Shown here piece by piece: positions 49,416-59,390 of a stretch of DNA of 64,000 nucleotides. Numbering within the stretch: position 1 is the first letter of the stretch; each line of letters opens with the position of its first letter. Origin of the DNA: Candidatus Altimarinota bacterium (GTDB lineage Bacteria; Patescibacteriota; Gracilibacteria; CAIRYL01). The notes below the pieces were generated by a model. The model saw nothing but the letters and a program-made list of their open reading frames with translations. It was not told the origin of the DNA and did no database searches. Position numbers and translations under genes: made by a program. The stretch covers positions 864,001 through 928,000 of the forward strand of contig OZ252287.1 of NCBI GenBank assembly GCA_965250085.1, read 5' to 3'.

Positions 49416-52400
49416 ATGAATATTTGGGAGCAGGAGAAAAAAGGAGCTCTATTGCCAGATTTCTTTGAGAAGCAAAAGGAGATCTTTTTGTGTATGCAAA
49501 AATGGGAAGAGCGAAAAAAACTGACGGTTTCAGGGCTTCCCAATATATCAGCAAAACTTTTTTTCTTAAGAAAATTTTTTCAAGAAGGAAAAAAGGAAAA
49601 AAACATTCTTTTCGTGTTCCCCAACAGAAATGAAGTCCACGAAGCCATTTTGGTAGCACCTTTGTTTTTTTCGGGAGAAACACACATGTTCCATTTATTT
49701 TCTGAGGAAGTGGAAAAAAGAGAGCGAGAAAAAATAGAATGGACACTTTTGCTTTTAAAGCAAAAAAAAGAAGATAAAAAACACATCTTTTTTTGCACAA
49801 GCGAACAGGCACTCGAAGCCTTCCCCCATAAAAAAGATCTGCAAGACCAAAAAACAATACTTACAAAGAAGCAAAAGATATCCCCCTTACAGCTTTTTAA
49901 TGAGCTTACAGATAGGGGATATACACTTACAAATGACCTTTTTCTGCAAAAAGGAGAATATCGCAGAAGTGGAAACATTATAGACGTCTTTCCCATAGGG
50001 AGAAAAAAGCCAATAAAAATAGAAATAGCATATGACACTGTGGAGAGCATCACTGAATTTTCACTCGAAACAAAAAAAATAGGAGAAGACGTACAAAAAA
50101 TAAATCTTTACCCCTGCTCTGCGTCCGAACGCGAAGGATCACTTGGAGACCTCTTGACACCAGAGGATATCCAAATTTGGAATGAGCTTGAAGAAATCAC
50201 AGAAACGAGTTCGAAAAAACTAAAAAAAATACCAGCAAAAATCCTAAAGATATCATCTTTTCCAGAAAATGAAGAAACCTCCGTTCACCTTCGGTTTCTT
50301 TCCGTATTAAAATTTTACAATCTTCCAGATCTTCTTCTTGATTTCCGGGAAAAAGAACAAACCAACTGGAAAACACTTGTTCTTACAAAAAGGAAAGACG
50401 AACTCAAAAATATCCTCACAGAAAAAAAAATATCATTTTCTGAAAATACTAAAAATGCAGGGATCTTGCTTCTTGATACCGGAGAGCTCGAAGCAGTGCC
50501 CCCCTCCTTTCAAAACCCAGAAGAAAAAATGTCTCTTCTTACAGATCGAGAAATCTTTCACCTCAGCACTAAAAAAAAGAAATCAATAAGTTCAGCAGCA
50601 GCAAACATAGAATTTCTCACAAGTCTAAAAGTGGGAGACCTTGTGGTGCACCTCGATCATGGAATCGGAAGATTCTTAGGAATTGGGGAGCAAGAAATAG
50701 ACGGACATATTCGAGAATATCTAGAGATTTCATACCTTCACGAAGACAAGCTTTTCGTTCCCGTGGATCAAGCAGATAAAATTTCACGCTTTATTACCGA
50801 AGAAAGCAGAGAGCCAAAACTTACCAGACTGGGGGGGGTCGAGTGGAAAAACATCCAAAAAAAAGTCAAAAGAGAAACAGAAAAAATAGCAAAAGAACTC
50901 CTGGACATGTATGCCAAAAGAGCACAGGTGAAAGGATTGCAATTTGGTCCTGACACGGAAAGGCAGGAACAATTTGAAAAAAATTTTCCTTACGAAGAAA
51001 CACCGGGTCAAATAACCGCTATTCGAGACACCAAAACAGACTTGGAGAGCACAAAACCAATGGACAGACTTCTGTGCGGAGATGTTGGATTCGGAAAAAC
51101 TGAAGTAGCCATGAGAGCTGCATTCAAAGTGGCAGACAACCAAAAACAAGTAGCCCTTATCGCCCCCATTACCATTCTTGTGCAACAACACTATGAAACA
51201 TTTCAGAAACGAATGAATGAATTCGGAGTAACGGTAGAAATGCTCTCAAGATTTCGAACACCAGCACAACAGAAGAAAATTCTTCAAAAGCTCAAAAAGG
51301 GGACGATAGACATCATTATCGGAACACACCGACTTCTCAGCGATGATGTTGAATTTTATGATCTGGGGCTGGTTATTATTGATGAAGAACAGCGTTTTGG
51401 AGTAAAACAGAAGGAAAAGTTCAAAGACCTCAGAAGCGAAGTTTCCATTCTCACTCTTTCGGCAACCCCGATTCCCCGCACGCTCAATTTAGCTCTCCAC
51501 AAACTCAGAGATATCACAACAATTACAACCCCGCCTCCAGGACGCCTCCCCATCATCACAGAGGTAAGAAAATATTCAGATCACCTCATTAGAGAAGCCA
51601 TTTTGAAAGAAAAAAAGAGAAGAGGGCAAATCTACTTCCTTCATAATCGTGTGGAAACCATTGAATCTATGGCAGAAAAACTGAGACTTCTTGTGCCGGA
51701 AGCTACATTTGCAGTAGGTCATGGTCAAATGAAAGCAGAGATACTTGAAGACAGAATCCTTTCCTTTAAAGAAAAAAAATATGACGTGCTGGTGTCTTCC
51801 ACAATTATTGAAAACGGGATAGACCTTGCGAACGCAAATACGCTGATTGTAAACAACGCAGAAAATTTTGGACTTGCCCAGCTCTATCAACTCAGAGGGC
51901 GAATCGGAAGATCACCCAAACAAGCATACGCATATCTTCTTCATTCGTCCCAAAAACTGAGCCTCAATGCCAAAAAAAGACTCAAGGCCCTTATTGAAGC
52001 ATCAGAACTGGGGAGCGGGTTTCAACTTTCCATGCGAGATTTGGAGATAAGAGGAGCAGGAGATGTGCTTGGAGTGAGTCAACATGGAACTGTAAATGTG
52101 GTGGGAGTAAGTCATTTTTTGAGGCTTCTTAATAAGACAATCAAACAAATGCAGGAAGGGAAAATGACAGAGAAAGACGAAGAAGTAACAGAAGTGCTCA
52201 TAGAAATTCCACTCGATGCCTATATTCCGGGAACATATATTGCCAATACAAAAGAAAAGATTTTGATGTATCAAAAACTCGCAGCGGTTCAAAACCATGA
52301 AAAACTACACGAACTCGTGCAAGAGATGGCAGAAGAATATGGACGGATGCCGGTACAAGTCAAAAGCCTTTTTGAAGTTTTGGACCTCAAAATATCAGCG

Positions 52401-52694
52401 CGTGAAGCCGGAGTAAAAGCCATAAAAATAATTTCGTCAGGCAAAAAAGATCAAGAAGTACAGTTGCACCTCTCTAAAAAAGTGACAGCAGCAGAAATCA
52501 TGAATCTGCTGAAATATCAGTCATATTGGATGATTTCTGGAGAAATGGTAAAAACAGACATTCGAAAACTAGGGTTTCACTGGACAGAGAAAATTAAAGA
52601 AGCTCTGGGAACGTTGAAAAAACAAAAAATTCAAAAACGAAAAAAACAGCAACGAGCGGGAGCGAAGCAGAAAAATAAAAAGAAAAAGAAATAA
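49416..52694 (+). CDS. mfd: Transcription-repair coupling factor
   Basis: VVHLDHGIGRF, FPYEET, GDVGFGKTEVA, DEEQRFG, SATPIPRT, QLRGRIGR, DLEIRGAG. Confidence 0.96.
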   Translation: MNIWEQEKKGALLPDFFEKQKEIFLCMQKWEERKKLTVSGLPNISAKLFFLRKFFQEGKKEKNILFVFPNRNEVHEAILVAPLFFSGETHMFHLFSEEVEKREREKIEWTLLLLKQKKEDKKHIFFCTSEQALEAFPHKKDLQDQKTILTKKQKISPLQLFNELTDRGYTLTNDLFLQKGEYRRSGNIIDVFPIGRKKPIKIEIAYDTVESITEFSLETKKIGEDVQKINLYPCSASEREGSLGDLLTPEDIQIWNELEEITETSSKKLKKIPAKILKISSFPENEETSVHLRFLSVLKFYNLPDLLLDFREKEQTNWKTLVLTKRKDELKNILTEKKISFSENTKNAGILLLDTGELEAVPPSFQNPEEKMSLLTDREIFHLSTKKKKSISSAAANIEFLTSLKVGDLVVHLDHGIGRFLGIGEQEIDGHIREYLEISYLHEDKLFVPVDQADKISRFITEESREPKLTRLGGVEWKNIQKKVKRETEKIAKELLDMYAKRAQVKGLQFGPDTERQEQFEKNFPYEETPGQITAIRDTKTDLESTKPMDRLLCGDVGFGKTEVAMRAAFKVADNQKQVALIAPITILVQQHYETFQKRMNEFGVTVEMLSRFRTPAQQKKILQKLKKGTIDIIIGTHRLLSDDVEFYDLGLVIIDEEQRFGVKQKEKFKDLRSEVSILTLSATPIPRTLNLALHKLRDITTITTPPPGRLPIITEVRKYSDHLIREAILKEKKRRGQIYFLHNRVETIESMAEKLRLLVPEATFAVGHGQMKAEILEDRILSFKEKKYDVLVSSTIIENGIDLANANTLIVNNAENFGLAQLYQLRGRIGRSPKQAYAYLLHSSQKLSLNAKKRLKALIEASELGSGFQLSMRDLEIRGAGDVLGVSQHGTVNVVGVSHFLRLLNKTIKQMQEGKMTEKDEEVTEVLIEIPLDAYIPGTYIANTKEKILMYQKLAAVQNHEKLHELVQEMAEEYGRMPVQVKSLFEVLDLKISAREAGVKAIKIISSGKKDQEVQLHLSKKVTAAEIMNLLKYQSYWMISGEMVKTDIRKLGFHWTEKIKEALGTLKKQKIQKRKKQQRAGAKQKNKKKKK

Positions 52695-52750
52695 TTCGCA
52701 AATTTTCTTAAAATTCGTCACAATATGTTTATAGAACTCGGAAGTCACAT

Positions 52751-53413
52751 ATGATTCAATTTTCAGAAGTAACCAAAAGCTTTGGACTTCAAACTGTTTT
52801 AAATAACCTTTCGTATCGTCTTAAACAAGGCGAATGTTTGGTAATTACAGGATCCTCTGGAGTCGGAAAAACGACACTCATCAGTCTTCTTATTGGAGCA
52901 GAAAAACCAGACGGTGGACAGATTCTTATTGACAACATTCGAGTGGAAGATCTGTCAGATAGTGAAATGCAAATGTACCGACGTCGCATAGGAGTCGTTT
53001 TCCAAGACTTCAAACTCCTCAAGAAAAAAACCGTATTTGAAAACACAGCATTTGCCCTTGAGGCTTGCGAGATAGAGGAGGAATCCATAGAGCGCAAGGT
53101 AGGAGAAATATTGCAGAGAGTAGGTCTTTCGGCAATGGCACACAAATTCCCCCATCAGCTTTCCGGAGGAGAGAGGCAAAGAACAGCAATCGCCAGAGCA
53201 CTTGTCCATAGCCCAAAACTACTGGTGGCAGATGAGCCTACTGGAAATTTGGACCCAGAAAACACAAGAGAAATAGCACGGTTGCTCAAAAAACTTCATC
53301 AAGAAGACGGACTCACCTTGCTGATAACCACTCATGACCCCATATTTCTTGAAGAGATAGCGCCGTGTAGAGTCGTGCAACTCGAGCAAGGGATTTTTCA
53401 TAAAAAATCATGA
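52751..53413 (+). CDS. ftsE: FtsE-like ABC ATP-binding protein
   Basis: GSSGVGKTT, RRRIGVVFQDFKLL, LSGGE, ADEPTGNLD. Confidence 0.7.
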   Translation: MIQFSEVTKSFGLQTVLNNLSYRLKQGECLVITGSSGVGKTTLISLLIGAEKPDGGQILIDNIRVEDLSDSEMQMYRRRIGVVFQDFKLLKKKTVFENTAFALEACEIEEESIERKVGEILQRVGLSAMAHKFPHQLSGGERQRTAIARALVHSPKLLVADEPTGNLDPENTREIARLLKKLHQEDGLTLLITTHDPIFLEEIAPCRVVQLEQGIFHKKS

Positions 53414-54474
53414 CGACATACAAAGACTCTGGAGTCGACATTTCAGCAGGAGACAAAGCATCAGAAGTAGCGTATGAGGCGGCGCTCAAAACATTTCCTT
53501 CTCGCAGAGGAATGATTGGAGAGCCCATACAACTCAAAGGCAGCTTCGCAGGAGCACTCGACTTCGGGGACTATTATCTGGTGCTGGGCTCTGATGGAGT
53601 AGGAACCAAGATAGAAATTGCACTCAAAACAGATAATTTTGAAGGACTCGGATACGATCTTCTGGCAATGGTAGCAGATGATGCCATATGCGTCGGAGCA
53701 GAAACAATCGCGATTACCAACACTGTTGATACGAACAAAGTAAACGCCAAGATGATTTCTGTAATGATGGAATCACTGCAGCGCGCATGCACAGAGCAAA
53801 AAGTTGTTATTCCTGGAGGGGAGATCGCGGAGTTGGGCGATTCCATCGGCTCAACCACGTGGAATGCGAGTGGCACTGGCATTGTGGAAAAAGACAAATA
53901 TATTACCGGAGAAAAAATTCAAATTGGAGATACTGTTCTCTCTCTCAAAGAAACAGGATTTCGTTCCAACGGGTTTTCTCTTATCAGACATATTTGTCAG
54001 CAACAAAGCATTTCTTATGCAGATGAATTTGAGAATGGGAAAAGCTGGGGAGAAACGCTTTTAACGCCCGCAAAAATATATAATGATTCCATCTTGTCAC
54101 TTACTGGGCGATTCGGGCAAACGGCGCAAATAAGTATCCATGGCATTGCGCATATTACCGGCGGGGGAATTGCCGGAAATCTGAAACGTATTCTGAGAAA
54201 AAAAAATCTGGGCGCACATCTTCCCGACATTTGGGAACCGCCAGAGATGATGCTGCAGTTGCAAAAAAAAGGAAGAGTGGAAGACAGGGAGGCATATGCG
54301 ACCTGGAACATGGGAAATGGAATGCTTCTGGTCGTTTCCCCTCAAGACGCAGACAAGACAGTTGAATTTCTCGGCAAAGAAGGAGTCAAAGCACAAAAAG
54401 CAGGCGAGATCACCGAGAGCGGAGAGATCACACACCAAAATTTTGGAGCCTTCCAGAAGGAAGAATTCTTATAA
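53410..54474 (+). CDS. purM: Phosphoribosylformylglycinamidine cyclo-ligase
   Basis: YKDSGVD, DGVGTK, GGEIAE, SNGFSL, AHITGGG, WNMGNG. Confidence 0.93.
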   Translation: MTTYKDSGVDISAGDKASEVAYEAALKTFPSRRGMIGEPIQLKGSFAGALDFGDYYLVLGSDGVGTKIEIALKTDNFEGLGYDLLAMVADDAICVGAETIAITNTVDTNKVNAKMISVMMESLQRACTEQKVVIPGGEIAELGDSIGSTTWNASGTGIVEKDKYITGEKIQIGDTVLSLKETGFRSNGFSLIRHICQQQSISYADEFENGKSWGETLLTPAKIYNDSILSLTGRFGQTAQISIHGIAHITGGGIAGNLKRILRKKNLGAHLPDIWEPPEMMLQLQKKGRVEDREAYATWNMGNGMLLVVSPQDADKTVEFLGKEGVKAQKAGEITESGEITHQNFGAFQKEEFL

Positions 54475-55842
54475 AGACGACTTTACCCATATTGTTTTTA
54501 TATTCACGAACTCTTTCAGTCCATAGTGTGAAAGTTCGCGTCCATACCCAGAAATTCCGACGCCACCAAATGGAAGCCGGGGATCTGATTTTACAAATCC
54601 ATTAAAAAAGACGCAGCTCGTATCGAGCTCAGAAATATATTTTTTTGCCATCGCAACATTTTGTGTGAACACTGAGGCACCAAGTCCGAATCGAGTGTCA
54701 TTTGCAACCTCGACCGCTTCATGAGCGGTTTTTACGACAATTACTGCCGCTATTGGCCCAAAGGTTTCCTCCTCATATACCGGCATTCCCTTCTTCACGT
54801 TTGTAAGAATTGTCGGCTGGTAAAAGTGTCCCACTGATCCCTCTTTCTTTCCGCCAGACAGGAGCACGGCTCCCATCTCAATTGATTCTTGAACTTGCCG
54901 CATCACCTCTTCCAGACCACTTTTTCCAGACATGGGACCAATTTCGGTTTTTTCGTCTAACGGATCTCCGAGAATCATTTTTTCTGTCGCTTCTTTGAAT
55001 CGATGCAAAAATTCTTCAGCCCTTTTTTCCACGACGACAAAGCGCTTGGCAGCAATACAGCTCTGTCCGCAATTTTGAAAACGTCCAAATGTAGCCTGAT
55101 CAATAACCAGGTCCATATCCGCATCCTCCAATATGAGAAACGGATTGCTTCCTCCCAGTTCGAGTACGGTTTTTTTGATCTGCTCTCCGCATTGCATCGC
55201 CACCTGACTTCCAGCACGCTCACTCCCCGTAAGCGTTGCTGCTTTGACGCGCGGATCTCCGATGACCCCCTTTACTTCTCGAGAACTGATCAGAAGGCTT
55301 TGAAAGACACCCTCAGGAAATCCAGCATCCAGAAAAAGTTTTTCGAGTGCCAAACTGCACTGTGGAACATTGGAAGCATGTTTGAGAAGTCCCACATTCC
55401 CCGCCATCGCCGCCGGAACAATAAAGCGAATCACCTGCCAAAAGGGAAAATTCCATGGCATTACGGCCAGCACAATTCCGAGAGGCTCAAAAGTGATATA
55501 GCTTTCACTGGCGTCAGTTGCCACCACTTCTTTTTCTAAAAAAGATTCCGCATTTTCTGCATAAAATTCTGAACACCACGCACATTTTTCTATTTCTGCA
55601 ACGCCCTGCGCGAGAGGCTTCCCCATCTCCAGCGCCATAAGCTTTGCCAACTCCTCCTTTTGCTCCCGCAGTACTTCGGCAAGGCGCATCATCAGTTGTT
55701 GCCTCTCAGCAAAGGAGGTTTTTTTCCACGCTTCAAATGTCTTTTGCCCGAGGTCAATTTTCGATGCTATTTCTATATCAGAAAGCTCCTCAAAGGTCTT
55801 GAGAACCTCTTCTGTAGCAGGATTGAGTGATTGAATAGGCAT
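54469..55842 (-). CDS. Succinate-semialdehyde dehydrogenase-like aldehyde dehydrogenase (Sad/GabD1 type)
   Basis: VMPWNFP, KHASNVP, TGS, ELGGS, GQSCIAAKR, EETFGP; ATG 55842. Confidence 0.88.
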   Translation of the reverse strand: MPIQSLNPATEEVLKTFEELSDIEIASKIDLGQKTFEAWKKTSFAERQQLMMRLAEVLREQKEELAKLMALEMGKPLAQGVAEIEKCAWCSEFYAENAESFLEKEVVATDASESYITFEPLGIVLAVMPWNFPFWQVIRFIVPAAMAGNVGLLKHASNVPQCSLALEKLFLDAGFPEGVFQSLLISSREVKGVIGDPRVKAATLTGSERAGSQVAMQCGEQIKKTVLELGGSNPFLILEDADMDLVIDQATFGRFQNCGQSCIAAKRFVVVEKRAEEFLHRFKEATEKMILGDPLDEKTEIGPMSGKSGLEEVMRQVQESIEMGAVLLSGGKKEGSVGHFYQPTILTNVKKGMPVYEEETFGPIAAVIVVKTAHEAVEVANDTRFGLGASVFTQNVAMAKKYISELDTSCVFFNGFVKSDPRLPFGGVGISGYGRELSHYGLKEFVNIKTIWVKSSL

Positions 55843-55852
55843 GGAGAACAGA

Positions 55853-57496
55853 TTATAAATTTTTTGTAATCCGCGGGAGTTCTTCATGAAAGACGCGATG
55901 GTTCTCAGAATAATCAATTGGTATTTCGACCAGATGGACCCCTTTGGATTTTAGACATTTTTTGAGAATCGGCACAAAATCTTCTGTTTTTTTTATACGA
56001 TGTCCTTTTGCACCGTAGCTCTGGGCATATGCCACAAAATCAGGATTGCCATAATCAAGCCCAAAATCAGCAAATTTCATTCCCTCCTGTTTCCATTTGA
56101 TCATGCCATACGCGTCATCTCTGAGCACCAATATCACCAGATCAAGCTCAAGACGGACAGCTGTTTCTACTTCCTGAGAATTCATCAAAAATCCTCCGTC
56201 GCCACAAATAGCCATGACCTTTCGCTCTGGGTGCACCATCTTTGCCGCCATGGCCGAAGGAAGCCCCGCTCCCATAGTCGCCAGAGCGTTATCGACAAGA
56301 AGAGTATTGTATTCATGAGCCACATACTGGCGAGCAAACCAGAGCTTATACATCCCATTATCCAGACAAATAATCCCGTCTCGTGGCACGGCTTCCCGCA
56401 CATCATGCACAATACGCTGTGGAAGAAGAGGAAATTTTTTGGCGGTTTCTTTTTCTGAAATATGCATCCTGAGGACCCCCTGGACCTCTTGGAAACGAGC
56501 AAAATCCCAATGGGTTTGCATTGTTATTTGTTCGGACAAATATGTAAGAGTTCGGGAGATATCACCAACCACCTCGATATCGGGAAAATAGATTTCATCC
56601 ACTTCCGCGGAGCAAAAATTGATATGCAACACCTTGCGAGTGTCATCATGATGCATAAAAAATGGAGGCTTTTCGATCACGTCATGTCCCACGTTAATCA
56701 CCAAATCCGCACATTCAATTGCCCGATGGACAAAATCTCCGTCCGAAAGCGCTGCAGTGCCAATATACTGATCGTGCAGAGAGCCGACCATCCCCTTTCC
56801 CATCTGTGTATTGCAAAAGGGAATACCGGTTTTCTGGAGAAAATTCTCAAGAGCATTGGCGTTTCGTTTGCGATTGGCTCCAGCACCAACCACCACAAGA
56901 GGTTTTTTGGCCGATTCAATAGCATCAACCGCCCATTCTATTGCTCGAGGATCTGGAGCCGGTCTTCGTACTTTGGTTCTCGCAAAAACTTCAGCATCGG
57001 TTTCTTCTGCGGCAATATCTTCGGGGAGTTCCAAATGGACGGCCCCGGGACGCTCTTCCTCAGCGCGCTTTACTGACTCACGAAGAAGTGCGGGGATGGT
57101 GTTGCCATGAGTGATTTGTTTTGTGAACTTCGTAATTGGCTTCATCATCTCTACCACATCAATGATCTGAAATCGCCCTTGTTTGCTCTTTTTGATGGGC
57201 TTTTGACCGGTAATTACCAAAAGAGGCATGGCGCCCAGTTGCGCATACGCGACACCGGTCACCAAATTGGTGGCTCCAGGGCCAAGAGTGGAAAGCGCTA
57301 CACCCACGCGACCCGTCAGGCGCCCATATGTTGCCGCCATAAAAGCCGCCGCTTGTTCATGGCGCGTTACGATGAGTTGAATTTTTGAAGTCCTCAGTGA
57401 CTCCAAAAGATCCAGATTTTCCTCACCTGGAATTCCAAAAATATATTGTACCCCTTCATTTTCCAGACACTTCACAAACAGATCAGAAGCTTTCAT
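55853..57496 (-). CDS. TPP-dependent acetolactate-synthase-like enzyme / 2-oxoacid decarboxylase
   Basis: FGIPGEENL, RHEQAAAFMA, TLGPGATN, GDGGFLMN, YGMIKWKQ; ATG 57496. Confidence 0.85.
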   Translation of the reverse strand: MKASDLFVKCLENEGVQYIFGIPGEENLDLLESLRTSKIQLIVTRHEQAAAFMAATYGRLTGRVGVALSTLGPGATNLVTGVAYAQLGAMPLLVITGQKPIKKSKQGRFQIIDVVEMMKPITKFTKQITHGNTIPALLRESVKRAEEERPGAVHLELPEDIAAEETDAEVFARTKVRRPAPDPRAIEWAVDAIESAKKPLVVVGAGANRKRNANALENFLQKTGIPFCNTQMGKGMVGSLHDQYIGTAALSDGDFVHRAIECADLVINVGHDVIEKPPFFMHHDDTRKVLHINFCSAEVDEIYFPDIEVVGDISRTLTYLSEQITMQTHWDFARFQEVQGVLRMHISEKETAKKFPLLPQRIVHDVREAVPRDGIICLDNGMYKLWFARQYVAHEYNTLLVDNALATMGAGLPSAMAAKMVHPERKVMAICGDGGFLMNSQEVETAVRLELDLVILVLRDDAYGMIKWKQEGMKFADFGLDYGNPDFVAYAQSYGAKGHRIKKTEDFVPILKKCLKSKGVHLVEIPIDYSENHRVFHEELPRITKNL

Positions 57497-57764
57497 GAGG
57501 ACAAGATAAAAATTTATGAAGTTCGTACGGTTACTCAAATCTCAGTTGGAACCATTTTTGTCCATAAAGATTATAGACCCTTCTTTTTTTCTTCTAAATA
57601 CAAAAGGAGAGAAAATGGAGAAAAAGGACACAAAAAATAATAAACCCACCCTTTTCAAAGGAGGAGCATCTTTTCTTTCCCCCTTGAAAAGGGGGATGAA
57701 GGGGGTTTAATTAATAAATTATTAACTCTTTTCCCATTTCAGGAGCCGGCTTATAATTATTCGG

Positions 57765-58844
57765 ATGAATGCAGACACAAAACTTTTTTGGGCACAACTG
57801 GATTTTCTCACCATGCGCCGTCTTAAAATTTTAAGGCGATATTTCGGGGATTTGGAAACAGCAAAAGAGCATTTTTCTGAAGCAGAATTTCTCAAGGCCG
57901 GCATACCACGGCGCAGTGTGACGGCTCTTATAAAAAAACAAAGGGAGATGAATTTCAGAAAAATTCAGAAAAAATTTGAAGAATCGGAAGCGACGCTGCT
58001 TTTTTTGGAAGATGGGGACTTTCCCGAGTCGCTCAAAAATATTTCTGACTCGCCTATCTTTCTCTTTATCCAAGGCGAGATACTTCCAGAAGATCTTTTG
58101 TCGCTCTCGGTCGTCGGAACCAGAAGATGTTCTGCTCATGGCAAGCAGTGTGTGCACCATGTGCTCCCCGACATCATTCATGCGGGATTCACCATTGTCT
58201 CTGGCATGGCACGCGGCATTGACTCTCTGGCGCACCAGGAAGCCCTCGCTCGAGGCGGACGCACTATTGCTGTCTGGGGCACGGGAATAGACAGAGTGTA
58301 TCCAGAAGAGAACAAGGCTCTGGCACACAAGATCAGAGAGCAAGGCGCCATTATTTCTGAATTTCCCCTCGGCACGGAGCCCAACAATTACAATTTCCCC
58401 CGCCGGAACCGCCTGATTTCCGGGCTTTCACTCGGGACACTCGTGATAGAAGGCAAAGACAAGTCCGGCTCTCTCATCACTGCGCACCTTGCTCTCGAAC
58501 AGGGGAAAGAGGTGTTTGCCGTCCCCGGATCCCCCTTTCTCCCTCTTTCAGAAGCGACGAATCGTTTGATCAAAAAAGGCGAAGCAAAGCTTGTGCAAAC
58601 CAGCGATGATATTCTGGAAGAATTTGAATTTGTGCACGAAGTGGAGAAAAAACCGCTTCTCAAGCCCGAGAACAAACTGGAAGAGATTATTTGTGGAATT
58701 CTCACCAAAGAACCTCTTGCCTTTGACGAACTGGTGATACAAGCCTCAAAGCCGAGCCATGAGCTCAGCAGTGCCCTCACCGTAATGGCGATGAAAGGTA
58801 TGGTGCGAGACTTGGGAATGAATCAATGGGCGAAGAGTTTTTGA
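57765..58844 (+). CDS. dprA: DNA-processing protein DprA
   Basis: VVGTR, IVSGMARGID, SEFP, FPRRNRLISGLS, SGSLITA, VFAVPG. Confidence 0.96.
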   Translation: MNADTKLFWAQLDFLTMRRLKILRRYFGDLETAKEHFSEAEFLKAGIPRRSVTALIKKQREMNFRKIQKKFEESEATLLFLEDGDFPESLKNISDSPIFLFIQGEILPEDLLSLSVVGTRRCSAHGKQCVHHVLPDIIHAGFTIVSGMARGIDSLAHQEALARGGRTIAVWGTGIDRVYPEENKALAHKIREQGAIISEFPLGTEPNNYNFPRRNRLISGLSLGTLVIEGKDKSGSLITAHLALEQGKEVFAVPGSPFLPLSEATNRLIKKGEAKLVQTSDDILEEFEFVHEVEKKPLLKPENKLEEIICGILTKEPLAFDELVIQASKPSHELSSALTVMAMKGMVRDLGMNQWAKSF

Positions 58845-58860
58845 TCCATAGTTTTCTCCC

Positions 58861-58912
58861 TAAGCGGGAGCAGGTGTCATTCGCTTCGCTCAGAACACTT
58901 GCTCCCGCGTGA
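58861..58912. repeat. Solo REP hairpin (joins the left and right ends of the RAYT-derived element)
   Basis: TAAGCGGGAGCAGGTGT-cattcgcttcgctcaga-ACACTTGCTCCCGCGTGA. Confidence 0.85.
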
Positions 58913-58914
58913 AG

Positions 58915-59074
58915 AACTTATAGTCATTTTCATAAGAAGAAGACTGTTCATCGAGTCTTACATCCCCATACGGGTAGTAATCTAACAGCTGAATGATATT
59001 CCCTGCATCATCCGTATCCACATTACTGCCCGTCACAGATGATCTGCATAATGATAGATGATAGAGGGAGTGCC
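58915..59074 (-). pseudogene. RHS core fragment of about 160 bp, frameshifted
   Basis: Near-identical to about 62950-63108 (TPSIIYHYADHL...YENDYKF), with a 2-bp AC insertion and a few synonymous changes. Confidence 0.85.
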
Positions 59075-59075
59075 C

Positions 59076-59365
59076 TAAGCGGGAGCAGGTGTGCCTTGTG
59101 CCACCTGGTCCTGATATTCTAAAAGGGTCAGCAATTGCAAGAGGACCATGGGGACAAGCAGATGAATGTAGCCAGTACTCTGGCCTAGCCACATATATAG
59201 CCAATCTTTGATGGTACAGGTTACAAAATACAGAGAGCTGTTCATGTCTTTATCAATGCGTATAGAAGGCATAGGTTGTGAACAAAGTAGAGTTAAAAGA
59301 TTGTGAGTGAAGGATGATGGAACCAGGTGTCATTCGCTTCGCTCAGAACACCTGCTCCCGCGTGA
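59076..59365 (-). mobile_element. Internally deleted RAYT (REP-associated tyrosine transposase) element flanked by REP hairpins
   Basis: N-terminus MPSIRIDKDMNSSLYFVTCTIKDW joined out of frame to C-terminal-like YVARPEYWLHSSA; ends TAAGCGGGAGCAGGTG...CACCTGGTCC and GGAACCAGGTGT...ACACCTGCTCCCGCGTGA. Confidence 0.7.
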
Positions 59366-59390
59366 TACAAAGTGAATGTTGGTGCACGCG

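Noticed and set aside
50831-50838. G8 tract in mfd as a phase-variation site
   Set aside because: It is shorter, encodes the conserved LGG segment of a housekeeping gene, and has no domain-boundary logic.
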